Virus record (IMG/VR): IMGVR_UViG_2684622669_000011
Source: a virus
Lineage: Duplodnaviria > Heunggongvirae > Uroviricota > Caudoviricetes
DNA: 10,552 bases
Reading direction: 5' to 3' (one strand)
Below the pieces are notes generated by a model. The model worked only from the letters and a program-made list of their open reading frames with translations, did no database searches and was not told the DNA's origin. Positions 1-6,827 of this stretch are shown piece after piece; within the stretch, counting starts at the first letter, position 1; every line of letters begins with the position of its first letter. Position numbers and translations under genes: made by a program.

Positions 1-50
1 ATAATTTCTTAACTTTCCATGCAGAAGCAACGCCTGACGGCGTAAACATC

Positions 51-599
51 ATGTATCGCAGCAACGATGGCATGACAGAACGCGTTGAGGCCGTCTCATA
101 TATTGATGCCGTAAATCGTCTGGATGCCGGGGATTATGACGATAAACCAGATGAAGGTATGTCAATACATCTCGCTATTGCCGATGGCGGCAACCAGGGA
201 TATTTCGATTACACATCACATCATAACGTCATTATGTGGAGATGGCTGATCGCAACAGTATTCATGCTGGAAATGAGAGAGGAAAACGGCACTGTCAGTA
301 TCATTGATGATACTGGCAATCCTTCCGAAGTGGCTGTTTATTCCAACGGCATCGTCGCCATGCCGCTGTATCCAGTAGCAGAGCGCCTCGCTATGGCAAA
401 CAACATTGAGGGCGCGATGATAGAACGTTTTGGCATCGAGTCTGGCACAGAACGCGCCATCATTTTCTACAGAGCCATGATGGATGTGGAACAAGGAGCA
501 CTGACTCCATTTGGTCGTGAAACGCTTGCTGAACTTCACAACAGCTTTATAGCTGAACTGAATGAAAACGGCATGCCAGCGGAACCAGTGACGCACTGA
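51..599 (+). CDS. Hypothetical protein, 182 aa from the first ATG; may be 5'-truncated because the frame is open back to the window start. First gene of the operon that ends in the primase.
   Basis: ORF track; no in-frame stop between base 3 and the ATG at 51 and no clear SD before 51; stop TGA 597-599 overlaps the GAGGA SD (598-602) of the next gene; same strand and tight spacing with the downstream genes. No motif recognised. Confidence 0.55.
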   Translation: MYRSNDGMTERVEAVSYIDAVNRLDAGDYDDKPDEGMSIHLAIADGGNQGYFDYTSHHNVIMWRWLIATVFMLEMREENGTVSIIDDTGNPSEVAVYSNGIVAMPLYPVAERLAMANNIEGAMIERFGIESGTERAIIFYRAMMDVEQGALTPFGRETLAELHNSFIAELNENGMPAEPVTH

Positions 600-609
600 G
601 GATGGAACC

Positions 610-951
610 ATGATTACTAAAAATTTCCGACTGAATGCGCTGGCAAATAAGTATGCGTCGGCACTGTATAACCACATTACCTCCACCAGCGGCGGGGACT
701 ATTTCATGGTTGATGCGGACGGCGAGGCCGTACGTGTGGAAATCGTCAATGGAGTAAAAGGCGTTCGCAGCCTGATCGATAGCTACACACTGGCAGCCAT
801 GAAAGTGTTCTACCCGCAGTGGGAAACCGTGGGGATCGAGCTTCTTGAGCGTTGCGTCACTAAGGACGAATTGACTGACGTCGGGAGTGAGATATGGCAA
901 AGCATGGTTAATGACATGGGCGCAACTGTAGCGGGAGGTTCTCATGCGTGA
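610..951 (+). CDS. Hypothetical small protein, 113 aa, in the position held by small regulatory genes (epsilon/orf151-like) in P4-type elements.
   Basis: ATG at 610 preceded by GAGGA (598-602) at 7-nt spacing; 3' end overlaps the next ORF by 8 nt (944-951). No motif recognised. Confidence 0.65.
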   Translation: MITKNFRLNALANKYASALYNHITSTSGGDYFMVDADGEAVRVEIVNGVKGVRSLIDSYTLAAMKVFYPQWETVGIELLERCVTKDELTDVGSEIWQSMVNDMGATVAGGSHA

Positions 952-1315
952 AAATGCAGAAATGGCGCTTAGCTCCGCAATCGGAGAGCAGGTGGCAAAG
1001 ATTGCTGGTGCTGTGTGGATTCATAACCTTCATTCTACTGGTGAAGAGAAAATGGCAATTCAGACGCCAGAGGGACGCACCATTACTACATCTCTGAAGC
1101 CGTCAGATGTTTGTGATCTGATTTGCGCATTCATGTACCCAGCAATGAGGACTGTCCACGGCGATAAGTGGAAACTTGCGACAACCGCTGAATTTGATAT
1201 GTGGCTAAACAATGATGGCATGCTGACTGATTACGGAATAACCAAGTGGCAGATGCTGGTTAGCCATATCGCAAACGCTATAGACCACGTGGGGTACGGT
1301 GATGCGAAACATTGA
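944..1315 (+). CDS. Hypothetical small protein, 123 aa.
   Basis: ATG at 944 preceded by GGGAGG; stop TGA 1313-1315 overlaps the primase start, indicating translational coupling. No motif recognised. Confidence 0.65.
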   Translation: MRENAEMALSSAIGEQVAKIAGAVWIHNLHSTGEEKMAIQTPEGRTITTSLKPSDVCDLICAFMYPAMRTVHGDKWKLATTAEFDMWLNNDGMLTDYGITKWQMLVSHIANAIDHVGYGDAKH

Positions 1316-3569
1316 TCTTATCCGTCAGGTTATCAGTGCGTCTGAAAACAACTGGCCTCATGTGCTGGGCTGCCTGAACATAAATGTCCCTGACTCTCCG
1401 CGCCGTCATGCTCCCTGCCCTGCATGTGGGGGCAAAGATCGATTCCGGTTCGATGACAACGGGCGCGGTAGCTTCATCTGTAATCAGTGCGGCGCTGGTG
1501 ATGGGCTGGATTTAATTAAACGCGTAAATAACTGCGACACAACAGAGGCGGCGCTTCTTGCCGCTGATGTTCTGGGTATTGATTACCGGACAACGGAAAC
1601 ACCAGAAGCCACCAGCCAGAAACGGGAACAACTGGAATTTGATGACATGCGCAGAAAGGCTGTAAACGGCAAATCTGATTATCTGGTTGCGAAAGGGGTA
1701 GGTGATTTTACATTCCCCGTGTTGCCAGATGGATCTCTATTGCTGGCGCTGGTGGATAAATCCGGCGCAGTCACCGCAGCACAGACTATTACCTCACATG
1801 GTGAAAAAAGACTCCTGACAGGTTCGGCAAAGCGGGGGGCATATCACGCCATAAACGCACAGAAACGACCTCACAGCATCATAATTGCTGAGGGGGTGGC
1901 TACCGCCCTGTCGTGCCATTTAATTCGCCCTGACGCAATGACAGTGGCAGCAATCGACGCTGGCAACCTGTTGCCAGTAGCGGAAGTCATGCGCAGAACA
2001 TATCCACAGGCACAAATCATCATTGCCGCAGATAACGATCACCAGCAAGGAAACTCCGAAAGTGGAGGGATCAACACGGGGAAAGATGCCGCAGAGAGGG
2101 CCGCTATTTCCGTAGCTGGCTGGGTGTCTCTGCCACCGACTGACTATAAAGCCGACTGGAACGACTATCACCAACAACACGGGCTGGCGGCAGCCACAGC
2201 AGCATTTAAAGATTCGATGTACCAGCCACGGGGGAAAGGGGCGCAGGTGAAAAATCACAAACAGTCAGTCGGGGCGCTGAATGAGATCAGTTCTGGCGAG
2301 GTGTTAAGCGTTGATGAAATTGCTGTCCTCGAAGAAATCAACCGGACGTTTACGCATGTCACCATCGGCGGGAAACACAAGGTGGTGTCGCTAAAGCCTT
2401 CTCAAACCGGCGGTGTATCGCACGTTTTCGAGGATTTATCACAATTTCAGCATTATTTTCATCATAAACCGAGAGTCGCCAGAAAGCTGGCGGGATCGGC
2501 GTGGCTGTCATGGAGTGGGAAGAACTACAAGCCAGGAGGCGTAGGATTTTATCCAGTACCAGACAAATGCCCTGACGATGTTTTTAATCTGTATGAGGGG
2601 CTGGCACTGGAACCAATTGAAGGAGATTGCACGGTATACCTTAATCACCTGTTGCAGGTTGTCTGTGCCGGTAATGAGGAGGCATACCAATATCTTATCC
2701 AGTGGATGGCGCACATTATCCAAAAGCCTGATGAAAAACCGTCCGTGGCAATCGTGATGAAATCTGTCCCGGGCACAGGGAAAGGCACAACGGTTAAACC
2801 GCTGCTGCAAATACTGGGGCAGTACGCCGCCCACATTAACGGGGCGGGACATATTTCAGGGCGCTTCAATTCAATACTTGCTAACAAGCTACTGGTATTT
2901 GCTGACGAAGTGACGATCCACAAGCCGTCTGAAGCTGACAGACTTAAAGCGATTATTAGCGAACCGACGTTTAACCTTGAGCGCAAGGGAATTGATGCTG
3001 AACCAATGCCGAATTTTGCCCGGTTGATATTTGCCAGTAACAGCACACAGGTATTACAGGCAGGGATAAGAGAGCGTCGCTATCTCGTGCTTGAGCCATC
3101 TCCTGAAAAAGCACAGAGTCGGGAGTATTTTGATCGGCTGTACAGTTGGCTTAATGATGGCGGTGCCGCAAAGTTGCTTTGGCATCTTAAAGGGGTGGAT
3201 CTCTCAGGTTTTGACCCTCAACGAGCGCCACAGACCGATGCCTTACGTGAAGAAATCTTGCTGGGGCTGTCTGGCGTTGAATTGTTTCTTTATGGCGAGC
3301 TAATCAATGAACCTCCGTTTAATGGCGAAGTCCGTTTGTTTGCAAAGGATATGGTTAGTCGATTTGTAGCGTGGTCGCTTGAGCGTGGGGAAAAGCTTAA
3401 AGAGCCAGCAGCCAGATCACTACTGGGTAAATCACTTGCACAAATGGGGCTGGTGAAGCATGGAAGACCAGACCGAGGGAATGGCGTGTTCTACGAACTA
3501 CCAGAGGTCGGAGTTCTACAGGCTGCGTTTGCCCGTCTGATCGGTATGGGGGGTTATGATGTTTTTTAA
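1302..3569 (+). CDS. Primase-helicase of the phage/plasmid P4-alpha family (zinc-ribbon + Toprim primase + D5-like SF3 helicase), about 755 aa.
   Basis: Seen in the translation: zinc-ribbon CPACGG-KDRFRFDD-x9-CNQCG near the N-terminus; Toprim-like IIIAEGVATAL and IIIAADNDHQ acidic motifs; P-loop VMKSVPGTGKGT and Walker-B-like LLVFADEV. Start is either GTG 1299 (track) or ATG 1302; ATG 1302 is preferred because GGGG (1291-1294) sits 7 nt upstream. Followed immediately by iterons. Confidence 0.9.
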   Translation: MRNIDLIRQVISASENNWPHVLGCLNINVPDSPRRHAPCPACGGKDRFRFDDNGRGSFICNQCGAGDGLDLIKRVNNCDTTEAALLAADVLGIDYRTTETPEATSQKREQLEFDDMRRKAVNGKSDYLVAKGVGDFTFPVLPDGSLLLALVDKSGAVTAAQTITSHGEKRLLTGSAKRGAYHAINAQKRPHSIIIAEGVATALSCHLIRPDAMTVAAIDAGNLLPVAEVMRRTYPQAQIIIAADNDHQQGNSESGGINTGKDAAERAAISVAGWVSLPPTDYKADWNDYHQQHGLAAATAAFKDSMYQPRGKGAQVKNHKQSVGALNEISSGEVLSVDEIAVLEEINRTFTHVTIGGKHKVVSLKPSQTGGVSHVFEDLSQFQHYFHHKPRVARKLAGSAWLSWSGKNYKPGGVGFYPVPDKCPDDVFNLYEGLALEPIEGDCTVYLNHLLQVVCAGNEEAYQYLIQWMAHIIQKPDEKPSVAIVMKSVPGTGKGTTVKPLLQILGQYAAHINGAGHISGRFNSILANKLLVFADEVTIHKPSEADRLKAIISEPTFNLERKGIDAEPMPNFARLIFASNSTQVLQAGIRERRYLVLEPSPEKAQSREYFDRLYSWLNDGGAAKLLWHLKGVDLSGFDPQRAPQTDALREEILLGLSGVELFLYGELINEPPFNGEVRLFAKDMVSRFVAWSLERGEKLKEPAARSLLGKSLAQMGLVKHGRPDRGNGVFYELPEVGVLQAAFARLIGMGGYDVF

Positions 3570-3598
3570 TATAGTCTTTTTACAAGAAGATCGTTTTT

Positions 3599-3703
3599 AC
3601 CTGTACCACCTATACCACTTTGCTAATTCAGTATTAAAAACAGTGCGTTATAGTGGTACAGGTCAATATCTTACCTATACCAGACCTGTACCACCTATAC
3701 CAT
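3599..3703. repeat. Iteron-type replication origin: two near-identical 20-bp direct repeats flanking an AT-rich spacer that carries an inverted partial copy.
   Basis: ACCTGTACCACCTATACCAC at 3599-3618 and ACCTGTACCACCTATACCAT at 3684-3703 (19/20 identical); inverted GACCTGTACCAC on the minus strand at 3653-3664; partial ACCTATACCA at 3673-3682; AT-rich tract ttgctaattcagtattaaaaacag between them. Position directly 3' of the primase gene matches P4 ori/crr and PICI ori architecture. Confidence 0.6.
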
Positions 3704-3745
3704 TAACAAACGCATTTCTTCTGGCTGGCTGAGAGGAAACAACCA

Positions 3746-3976
3746 ATGATGAGCACACCATTTTACAAAGTGCGCCAGTTAGCTTCTTCCTCTGGCTGGC
3801 AGCTACGGTTTGAGGGGCGTTCAGACTGGCTACCCATTGCGGCATGGGCGAATGTTGAAATGTGTATTGACGGCGATACCGTTGAAATCATTATTCCCTG
3901 CGTGGCAAGTCGGGACGGCTGTATAGAGCCAACAGATATGGCAGCAGAAATCAGAGAGGTAAAACATGAACAATAA
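3746..3976 (+). CDS. Hypothetical small protein, 76 aa.
   Basis: ATG at 3746 preceded by GAGAGGA; stop TAA 3974-3976 overlaps the start of the next ORF (3966). Contains three Cys (C-x11-C-x6-C) but no recognisable Ogr/Delta-type zinc finger. Confidence 0.6.
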   Translation: MMSTPFYKVRQLASSSGWQLRFEGRSDWLPIAAWANVEMCIDGDTVEIIIPCVASRDGCIEPTDMAAEIREVKHEQ

Positions 3977-4703
3977 CTATTGCATACTGCAGGGAATGAC
4001 CAGAACGGAGCGCGAAGAATTAAAAAGTTTCGCTACACAGTGCGGGAATGCTGGCGACATCCAAAGTCTGGAACGCACTTTAATTATGATTGCGCACTGG
4101 ATGCGCCAGGGGCAAAGAGTTTCATTTACTGAATATGCCAGCCAGTGGACAGAGGCACAGCGCGAACGGAGCGACGGTAATCACTCAACACCCGAAATGG
4201 CGAAGCAATGGCCTTTCAGTGGTAAAAGCTGTATCAGTCCCGGTGGTTCAGATTATTACCCTGCTGGTGTGGGAGATGAGCCATGTTGTGACGAAACTGA
4301 AATCCGCCACGCAGTGACAGTAATTACCGCTGAATACCCACAATTTAACCTTGACGGACTGGCGCTCCACAACCGGAATGCGGACTGGGAAAACCCGCTT
4401 GATAACCCGTCATTTATCGTATCGGCGAAAAGCTGCCTGAGATGGATCAGAGACAACGGGATGAGTAATGCCCAGATTGAGAGCTTCCCGCAGGATAACC
4501 CCACATCTGACACGTTGAAGCATGAAGTGGAGCGATATAACCAGATAAACCACCAGCACAGTGATCACCCGCACTATATCCCCAACGGAGCATTTATTGC
4601 GGCGATGGTGGCAAGCGGCTACAAGGTTAAGCCAGCGGGAAGAATGAACGCATTTTTCAATATTTCAAAAAAGGGATTATGTGCTGCTATGGGTAAAAAT
4701 TAA
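3966..4703 (+). CDS. Hypothetical protein, 245 aa, Cys/His/Trp-containing, between the two iteron clusters.
   Basis: ATG at 3966 with an AGAGAGGT SD; translationally coupled to the 76-aa ORF; no ATPase or nuclease motif recognised; contains CCDETE and HQHSDHPHY stretches. Spurious internal ORFs on both strands (4090-4317 +, 4256-4513 -) ignored. Confidence 0.7.
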   Translation: MNNNYCILQGMTRTEREELKSFATQCGNAGDIQSLERTLIMIAHWMRQGQRVSFTEYASQWTEAQRERSDGNHSTPEMAKQWPFSGKSCISPGGSDYYPAGVGDEPCCDETEIRHAVTVITAEYPQFNLDGLALHNRNADWENPLDNPSFIVSAKSCLRWIRDNGMSNAQIESFPQDNPTSDTLKHEVERYNQINHQHSDHPHYIPNGAFIAAMVASGYKVKPAGRMNAFFNISKKGLCAAMGKN

Positions 4704-4709
4704 ATAAAT

Positions 4710-4812
4710 GGTACAGGTCTGTACAGGTGGGGAGAGGTCATTTTTACCCACCTGTACCACCTGCAGGCCGCGCCACACAAGGGTTTGTGACATGGTGGTA
4801 CAGGTGGTACAG
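4710..4812. repeat. Second iteron cluster (crr-like): the same CCTGTACCACC core in both orientations.
   Basis: GGTACAGGTCTGTACAGGTGG at 4710-4730 (inverted copies), CACCTGTACCACC at 4749-4761 (forward), GGTGGTACAGGTGGTACAG at 4794-4812 (inverted tandem). Lies about 1.1 kb from the first cluster, directly after the stop of the 245-aa gene. Confidence 0.6.
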
Positions 4813-5177
4813 CAAAAACAGCGATTTTCTTTATAAGGTATGTTTTGCTCATCTGGCAGACGGAGGTATTCGCTGCGGTTTGGCACATAGCCCAGAACAG
4901 CAAAGAGTTTTACGAGACTTTTGTAAAATCCAGTGTACAAGGGCGTGACGTTTTTGAAGGTGAGCACTACGAAATTTTCGTAGTTCAAAAAATAGCCTCT
5001 GAGATGTTGTTATGCCTGTTCAGCAAACCATCCGCATAGCTGATCGCGAATCAAATTACCAATGGAGCCAGAAGCAAGGGCAGAACTGGAAAGCGCCTGC
5101 CGTGAAGAGTAATGCGACTCCATAAATATAGTTTTTAGAGTCCATAAAAAAACTGTCAAAACCTGACATACAGAACG

Positions 5178-5210
5178 ATGCCACCAGCTACTGAACGGTG
5201 GCATTTTTTT
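5178..5210 (+). terminator. Rho-independent terminator on the + strand.
   Basis: Perfect 8-bp stem ATGCCACC (5178-5185) / GGTGGCAT (5197-5204) with an 11-nt loop, followed by a T7 run (5204-5210). On the minus strand no U-run follows the hairpin, so it is unidirectional. Confidence 0.6.
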
Positions 5211-5239
5211 GTGCTATTTGTTTCATATTTTGCAATCAC

Positions 5240-5280
5240 AATGATGAATGTTGCGTTTTATGAAACTATAATGACTGTTG
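5240..5280 (+). promoter_or_regulatory. Candidate sigma70-type promoter for the accessory operon: consensus -10 with a weak -35, possibly activator-dependent.
   Basis: Perfect TATAAT at 5267-5272, about 34 nt upstream of the ATG at 5306; the best -35 candidates (ATGAAT/GATGAA around 5243-5249) are poor. Direct repeats TGTTGCGTTTTAT (5249-5261) and TGTTGTTTTAT (5276-5286) flank the -10. No TGT-N12-ACA Ogr/Delta-type site found upstream. Confidence 0.3.
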
Positions 5281-5305
5281 TTTTATACAGTTATAAGGGG
5301 GCGTT

Positions 5306-5479
5306 ATGGCTATTTCAGTAAAGCCAGTATTGATAAGTGAGAAGCAAATGGAAGCGATAAAGAAAATTCAGGAGGAGCAGCGTAAAAAATCAGAGGTAGG
5401 AGTTGCGCCAACGATCCACGAAATTGCTCGGGGATTAATGGATAAGGCGCTGGCTTACACTTTAACTGGACGTGGGTAA
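5306..5479 (+). CDS. Small hypothetical protein, 57 aa, possibly a DNA-binding regulator; first gene of the accessory operon. Absent from the ORF track (below its length cutoff).
   Basis: ATG 5306 preceded by AGGGGG (5295-5300) at 5-nt spacing; stop TAA 5477-5479 lies 4 nt before the ATG of the next gene. Translation MAISVKPVLISEKQMEAIKKIQEEQRKKSEVGVAPTIHEIARGLMDKALAYTLTGRG has a short beta-like N-terminus followed by two predicted helices. Confidence 0.5.
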   Translation: MAISVKPVLISEKQMEAIKKIQEEQRKKSEVGVAPTIHEIARGLMDKALAYTLTGRG

Positions 5480-5483
5480 ATTT

Positions 5484-6827
5484 ATGGCTACGTGGCAACA
5501 GGGTATTAATTCTGGTGGTTTTCTGGCTGGCATCGGTACGCAAAATGAGAATGCGCCAAAGGCAAGCGACATTAACGCAACGCTTGGTCTGATCCGCGAA
5601 AACAATGAACTGGCTCGCTCAGGTGCAAATAACGTTGCTCTGACAGGTCTTCGTGGTCTGGCTGGAGTTGCTGACATTTATAAGCAGCAGCAACAGCAGG
5701 AACGTAAAGCGGCATTCCAGAAAGGTTATGCAGATGCTTATGCGTACGGTGACAGGGAGCAGATGCGTAATCTTATTACAGCATTCCCAGAAGAGTTTGA
5801 GGAAGTCCGTAAAGGGATGAGTTATGTCGATGATGCTCAAAGGGATGATTATGGCAATCTGGCGCTCAAAGCACAGGTAGCCTCATCGCTTGGTCAGGGC
5901 GCATTTGGCAGGTTCATGATGGATAATGAGCAGGAGATGCGTCGTTTAGGTATCCCTCCAGAAACTATTGCTGAAATGCAGGTTAATGACCCGCAGGGCT
6001 TCCAGCATTTCGCAGGTAATCTGGCGCTGTTTTCTCTCGGTCATGAGAAGTATTTCGATATCAAAGATCAAATGGAAGGTCGTCGACTTGAGCAAGGGCG
6101 ACTGGATGAAAGCATCCGTCAGGCTGACATGGAGAACGCGAGAGGATGGGCAAATATCCAGAACGCTCAACTAGACAGGGCTCAGCGAGCACAAATTCAC
6201 TCAGATGAGATGGGATTGAAGCTAATGGAGCTGGGGCAAAAAGGTAAGCCGTCAGCAGACTTAATTAAGGGATTAAATTCTGACATTACCAATTTTGGCA
6301 AAAATTATAACTCTGTCAGAGCGGCGGCAAACTCTCTGCAAGCCCTTAGCAAGGTAAATACTGGCGCTGCCCAACTTGGGATTATCTTCAACTACATGAA
6401 ATCTCTTGACCCGCAGTCAGTCGTTCGTGAAGGCGAACAGGTTCAGGTAATGCGGTCTGATGGCATATGGGGACAAATCAAAGGATACATAGACCAGCTT
6501 AATGCTGGAAACGGCCTGTCGCAGGAGGCAAAGGATAACATTGTTAACGCCGCAAAAATCAACGCCAATGCTATGGGGCAGCAGTTTAACCAGCAGGTTG
6601 ACGAGTATCTCGATACATATGGAGAAACTATTCCTCAGGGGCTAAGAAAAAGCCTTGAAAGAAGGAAAGCGAAGCTATTTGACGATGTTTCCGGGCAGCC
6701 TACATCACAGGCTGGCACTGGACAGGCAAAAGCGGCAACCGGAGGAATATCAGAAGGCGCAACGGCAACCAACCCTAAAACTGGTCAGAAAATCATTTAC
6801 AGGAACGGAAAATGGCAGCAAATGTAA
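5484..6827 (+). CDS. Hypothetical low-complexity protein, about 447 aa, Gln/Asn/Ala/Gly-rich and predicted largely helical; the track lists it as 451 aa from GTG 5472.
   Basis: Long ORF with a biased but coding-like composition; ATG 5484 is favoured over GTG 5472 because it sits 4 nt after the upstream stop. Contains a QQQQQ run (CAG/CAA tract 5685-5699); no P-loop or catalytic motif recognised; 3' end overlaps the next gene by 16 nt. Confidence 0.8.
   Translation: MATWQQGINSGGFLAGIGTQNENAPKASDINATLGLIRENNELARSGANNVALTGLRGLAGVADIYKQQQQQERKAAFQKGYADAYAYGDREQMRNLITAFPEEFEEVRKGMSYVDDAQRDDYGNLALKAQVASSLGQGAFGRFMMDNEQEMRRLGIPPETIAEMQVNDPQGFQHFAGNLALFSLGHEKYFDIKDQMEGRRLEQGRLDESIRQADMENARGWANIQNAQLDRAQRAQIHSDEMGLKLMELGQKGKPSADLIKGLNSDITNFGKNYNSVRAAANSLQALSKVNTGAAQLGIIFNYMKSLDPQSVVREGEQVQVMRSDGIWGQIKGYIDQLNAGNGLSQEAKDNIVNAAKINANAMGQQFNQQVDEYLDTYGETIPQGLRKSLERRKAKLFDDVSGQPTSQAGTGQAKAATGGISEGATATNPKTGQKIIYRNGKWQQM

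Noticed and set aside
216-945. Minus-strand ORFs 216-686 and 547-945 (156 and 132 aa) from the six-frame track.
   Set aside because: They lie antisense to the well-supported, SD-bearing, translationally coupled + strand operon; they have no SD and look like shadow ORFs.
1920-3303. ORFs inside the primase gene (1920-2258 -, 2508-2852 -, 2645-3046 -, 3091-3303 +).
   Set aside because: Fully embedded in, or antisense to, the primase-helicase reading frame, which carries clear conserved motifs; typical shadow frames of a GC-rich gene.
3599-4812. Whether the CCTGTACCACC repeats could be a CRISPR array.
   Set aside because: Copies occur in both orientations with irregular spacing, no unique spacers of constant length and no cas genes; the pattern fits replication iterons.
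4677-5204. Short ORFs across the iteron cluster, non-coding region and terminator (4677-4988 -, 4700-4903 -, 4727-4948 +, 4845-5039 +, 5010-5204 -, and a 35-codon frame at 5012-5119 +).
   Set aside because: They run through iterons or the terminator hairpin, lack SDs (the 4988 start is TTG), and are mutually overlapping; more likely non-coding regulatory DNA.
5685-5699. CAG/CAA trinucleotide tract encoding QQQQQ in the 447-aa gene as a possible contingency locus.
   Set aside because: Only five codons with mixed CAG/CAA units; too short and interrupted for efficient slippage. It is probably just part of the Gln-rich composition.
5310-6170. Minus-strand and alternative-frame ORFs inside the accessory operon (5310-5543 -, 5462-5677 -, 5619-5840 -, 5946-6170 -, 5968-6174 +, 6655-6855 +, 6750-6953 -, 6843-7037 +, and others through 8810).
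   Set aside because: All are nested within the long + strand ORFs, which have SDs and coupling; none has independent support.
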